DNA from: Camelus ferus
Taxonomy: Eukaryota
Direction: 5' to 3'
Assembly: GCF_009834535.1 (NCBI RefSeq)
Contig: NC_045697.1
Coordinates: 101,310,001-101,374,000, forward strand
Length of the DNA stretch: 64,000 nucleotides
Position numbers and translations under genes: made by a program. This document shows, piece by piece, positions 61,805 to 64,000 of this stretch (position 1 is the first letter of the stretch; every line of letters starts with the position of its first letter). The notes below the pieces were generated by a model, which did no database searches, was not told the origin of the DNA, and was given only the letters and a program-made list of their open reading frames with translations.

Positions 61805-62035
61805 AATAAACATTTAGTACTGTCAAATACAAACCAGGCATTGTTCTGAGTTGCTGTCTTATACGTTTAATACTCATAACAACCTTAACTGCTGGGCACA
61901 CTATTATCCCATTTTATAAGTGAGGAAACTGAAGCACAGCTTGATTACTGAAAGTTACCTGGGCCACAGAGCCAGTGAGCAAAGGCAGGATTTGAAAACA
62001 GGTAGCTGTCACCAATCCCATTCCCTTGACTCTTC
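61805..62035 (-). mobile_element. MIR SINE
   Basis: ccaggcattgttctgag...tttaatactcataacaacctt...ctattatcccattttataagtgaggaaactgaagcacag...gcaggatttgaa. Confidence 0.8.
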
Positions 62036-62439
62036 TGCTGATAATGTACCTCTCCTATTTCCATGCGAGTACCCATTACTAGAACACATGTTCTGTCTTT
62101 AGGTCGTATTACTTAAATTATTAATATTAATTCTTACTGCAACATCTCCCATTTTACTTTAAATGTATGCTGCATAAAAATTTTCTCTTCTGTGTTTATC
62201 TTGGCTATTTTTTACACTTTTCATGTATTCCTTAGAATTGTAAATACATCATACTTTGAATTTAGAGTGGCTTCTATCTCCTAAGAGTTTGAAGCAATTT
62301 ACATATATCGTGGCACTTAAATTTAAACACACATACACACTCAGCACTAGCCTCTGAACTGATTTTTACATATTTCACCGCATATTTTTTCATCTTTTAT
62401 CTCACGCGATTGCCAAAGTCAAATGCTCAGACTCTAGGC

Positions 62440-62590
62440 TCTTTATTCTCAATGGGTGTTCATAAACCAGCAGCCTCACCATGACCTGAGAGCTTATTAG
62501 AAATCAGAATTCCAGGTACCATCCTAGACCAGCAGTAGACCAACAAGAACCTCAGGTGATCCGTAGGAATATTCAACTTCAAGAAACTTA
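62440..62590. mobile_element. MER5A-like hAT MITE
   Basis: accagcagcctcaccatgacctgagagcttattagaaatcagaattccaggtaccatcctagacc...aacaagaacctcaggtgatcc. Confidence 0.7.
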
Positions 62591-63649
62591 CTTTAGATGA
62601 TATATTCCTCTAAACTGAAGGCCTTCTTCAGCTAATTTATTTCTGTAGGTTCTGTGAAAGATACTTTTATCAATTTTACCACTTAGTGTTTTAGTCTGTT
62701 AAAATTATTATTGAGTACTTCACTATCTCTGTCAGCTTTATTACCTGCAGTGTTACTGAATTGTGCTGAATTAACTACTGAGGACTTAAAAACAGCAGCT
62801 TCCTTTCTAGGGCTGTCTGTAAAGCTCTTTGTTTGCAAGGTGCTGTATCCTCCACAAATGACTATAGATGCCATCAGTTGGAAACAAGCAGAGCTGACTT
62901 GCTTTTACTCTGGCGTGCAGCCTTGTAAATGTCGAAGAGAGCTCCAAAATTAAAAGATCAATAGCAGAGTAGCTACTGTTTTCTCCAAATCCTGGGAGAT
63001 TTTATGCTACATTATAGCACAATGCTGATCTCAAATCCTTTTTGAATTCTTCTCAGATTTCCTTATTTCTCAGGTATTCACTTATAAGCTGCCCTTGAGT
63101 TTTTTGGCTTTTGATATAAGCTGACCTGAAACAGTTCTAGAAAAATATCTTAGTAGTAATACAGGATTTTGCTTCTGGCTAAAACTACCACCATCAACAA
63201 TAACCAAAATCATTAATTCGTAAAATCCTCATTCTGAAAGAAAACCAATAAAATGCACCTAAGCCATCCAAAAAACTCCTCAAACAAACAGAAATATCCA
63301 TATGGAAAACAATCAAAATAAGCTTTAAAAGAGTAAATTAATGCAAAAGAAAATCAATCTTAAAATAAGACAAATTTTGTAAGACAAAATTCTGAGCTGG
63401 TAGCTACTTTTTACTGTTGTAATGAAGCACCAGTACCCATATCTTGAAAAAACATGATCAGATTTATTTACCACATTATCTCTTTGCATTGGTTCTTGCA
63501 TGGATTTGCAAAATATGAGCTAGCTGAGGCAAACAGGTTAACTTATTTGAGTATATAGCATCAAGGAAGATCACTCTTAAAAATTTTTCCAATAGGAAAA
63601 TAAAGAATGTTTGAGAATGAGTTTGAGTTATTAGACAGTAAAAGAAAAT

Positions 63650-63770
63650 TAATTTTAATTGTGTCGGCTGTGGTAACCATATTGTGGTTATGTAAGATAA
63701 ACATCCTTATCTTTTAGAAATGCAGACAAAAGTATGGGCTGAAATGTCAAAAAAGATTGCCAATTAGGAC
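63650..63770 (+). mobile_element. Old L1 3' UTR fragment
   Basis: tattgtggttatgtaagataaacatccttatcttttagaaatgcagacaaaagtat. Confidence 0.55.
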
Positions 63771-64000
63771 ATACTAGTACATACCACCACCGGTAAAAAT
63801 GAAATAAAATAAAACTACCACTAACAAAAAGAAAAAGAGGGACATTAGGAATCTAGAAAAGATATTAATAATAGATACATTTTAATATCAATGCAGGAGG
63901 CTTAAATAAGCCATTAGTTCATGGGATTAAAAGGGACCAAAGAAAAACTTTTAAAAAATGTATTCATAATGTATTCATATTCAAAATGAATATTCATAAT

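Noticed and set aside
1..64000. CRISPR array, operon or other prokaryotic/viral system
   Set aside because: No regularly spaced repeat-spacer array and no dense ORFs. The sequence is mammalian non-coding DNA.

Overview
This is AT-rich placental-mammal genomic DNA, most likely from a camelid. It carries four tRNA-Ala-derived SINEs of the camelid vic-1 type, and I saw no Alu, B1, BovB/Bov-A, PRE-1 or SINEC elements. There is no long protein-coding exon, RNA gene or CRISPR array, and I could not assign a gene name. Almost all entries in the ORF track are chance ORFs, low-complexity runs or decayed L1 ORF2. A large part of the window is decayed transposons: L1 of several ages, L2, MIR, ERVL/MaLR and ERV1 LTRs, and hAT MITEs. 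The main non-repeat signal is a weak CpG island at about 1330-1850 with GC-box, ETS and ACTAYRnnnCCCR motifs and outward-facing splice donors on both strands. On the minus strand the donor at 1553 can splice to a strong acceptor at 33, giving an open frame MGLSAVELSRIWSCRVTLGG that runs off the window edge. Several more minus-strand exon-like segments lie upstream, the best being a 63-nt candidate at 53842-53904; they could be a long 5' leader or a lncRNA. The window also holds several clear micro-evolutionary footprints: a poly(A)-only insertion, nested L1s, a 3'-truncated L1 and a template-switch hairpin. Repeat family names are from recall of consensus sequences, not a database search, and boundaries of old repeats are approximate. 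I found no convincing evidence of a novel biological system.
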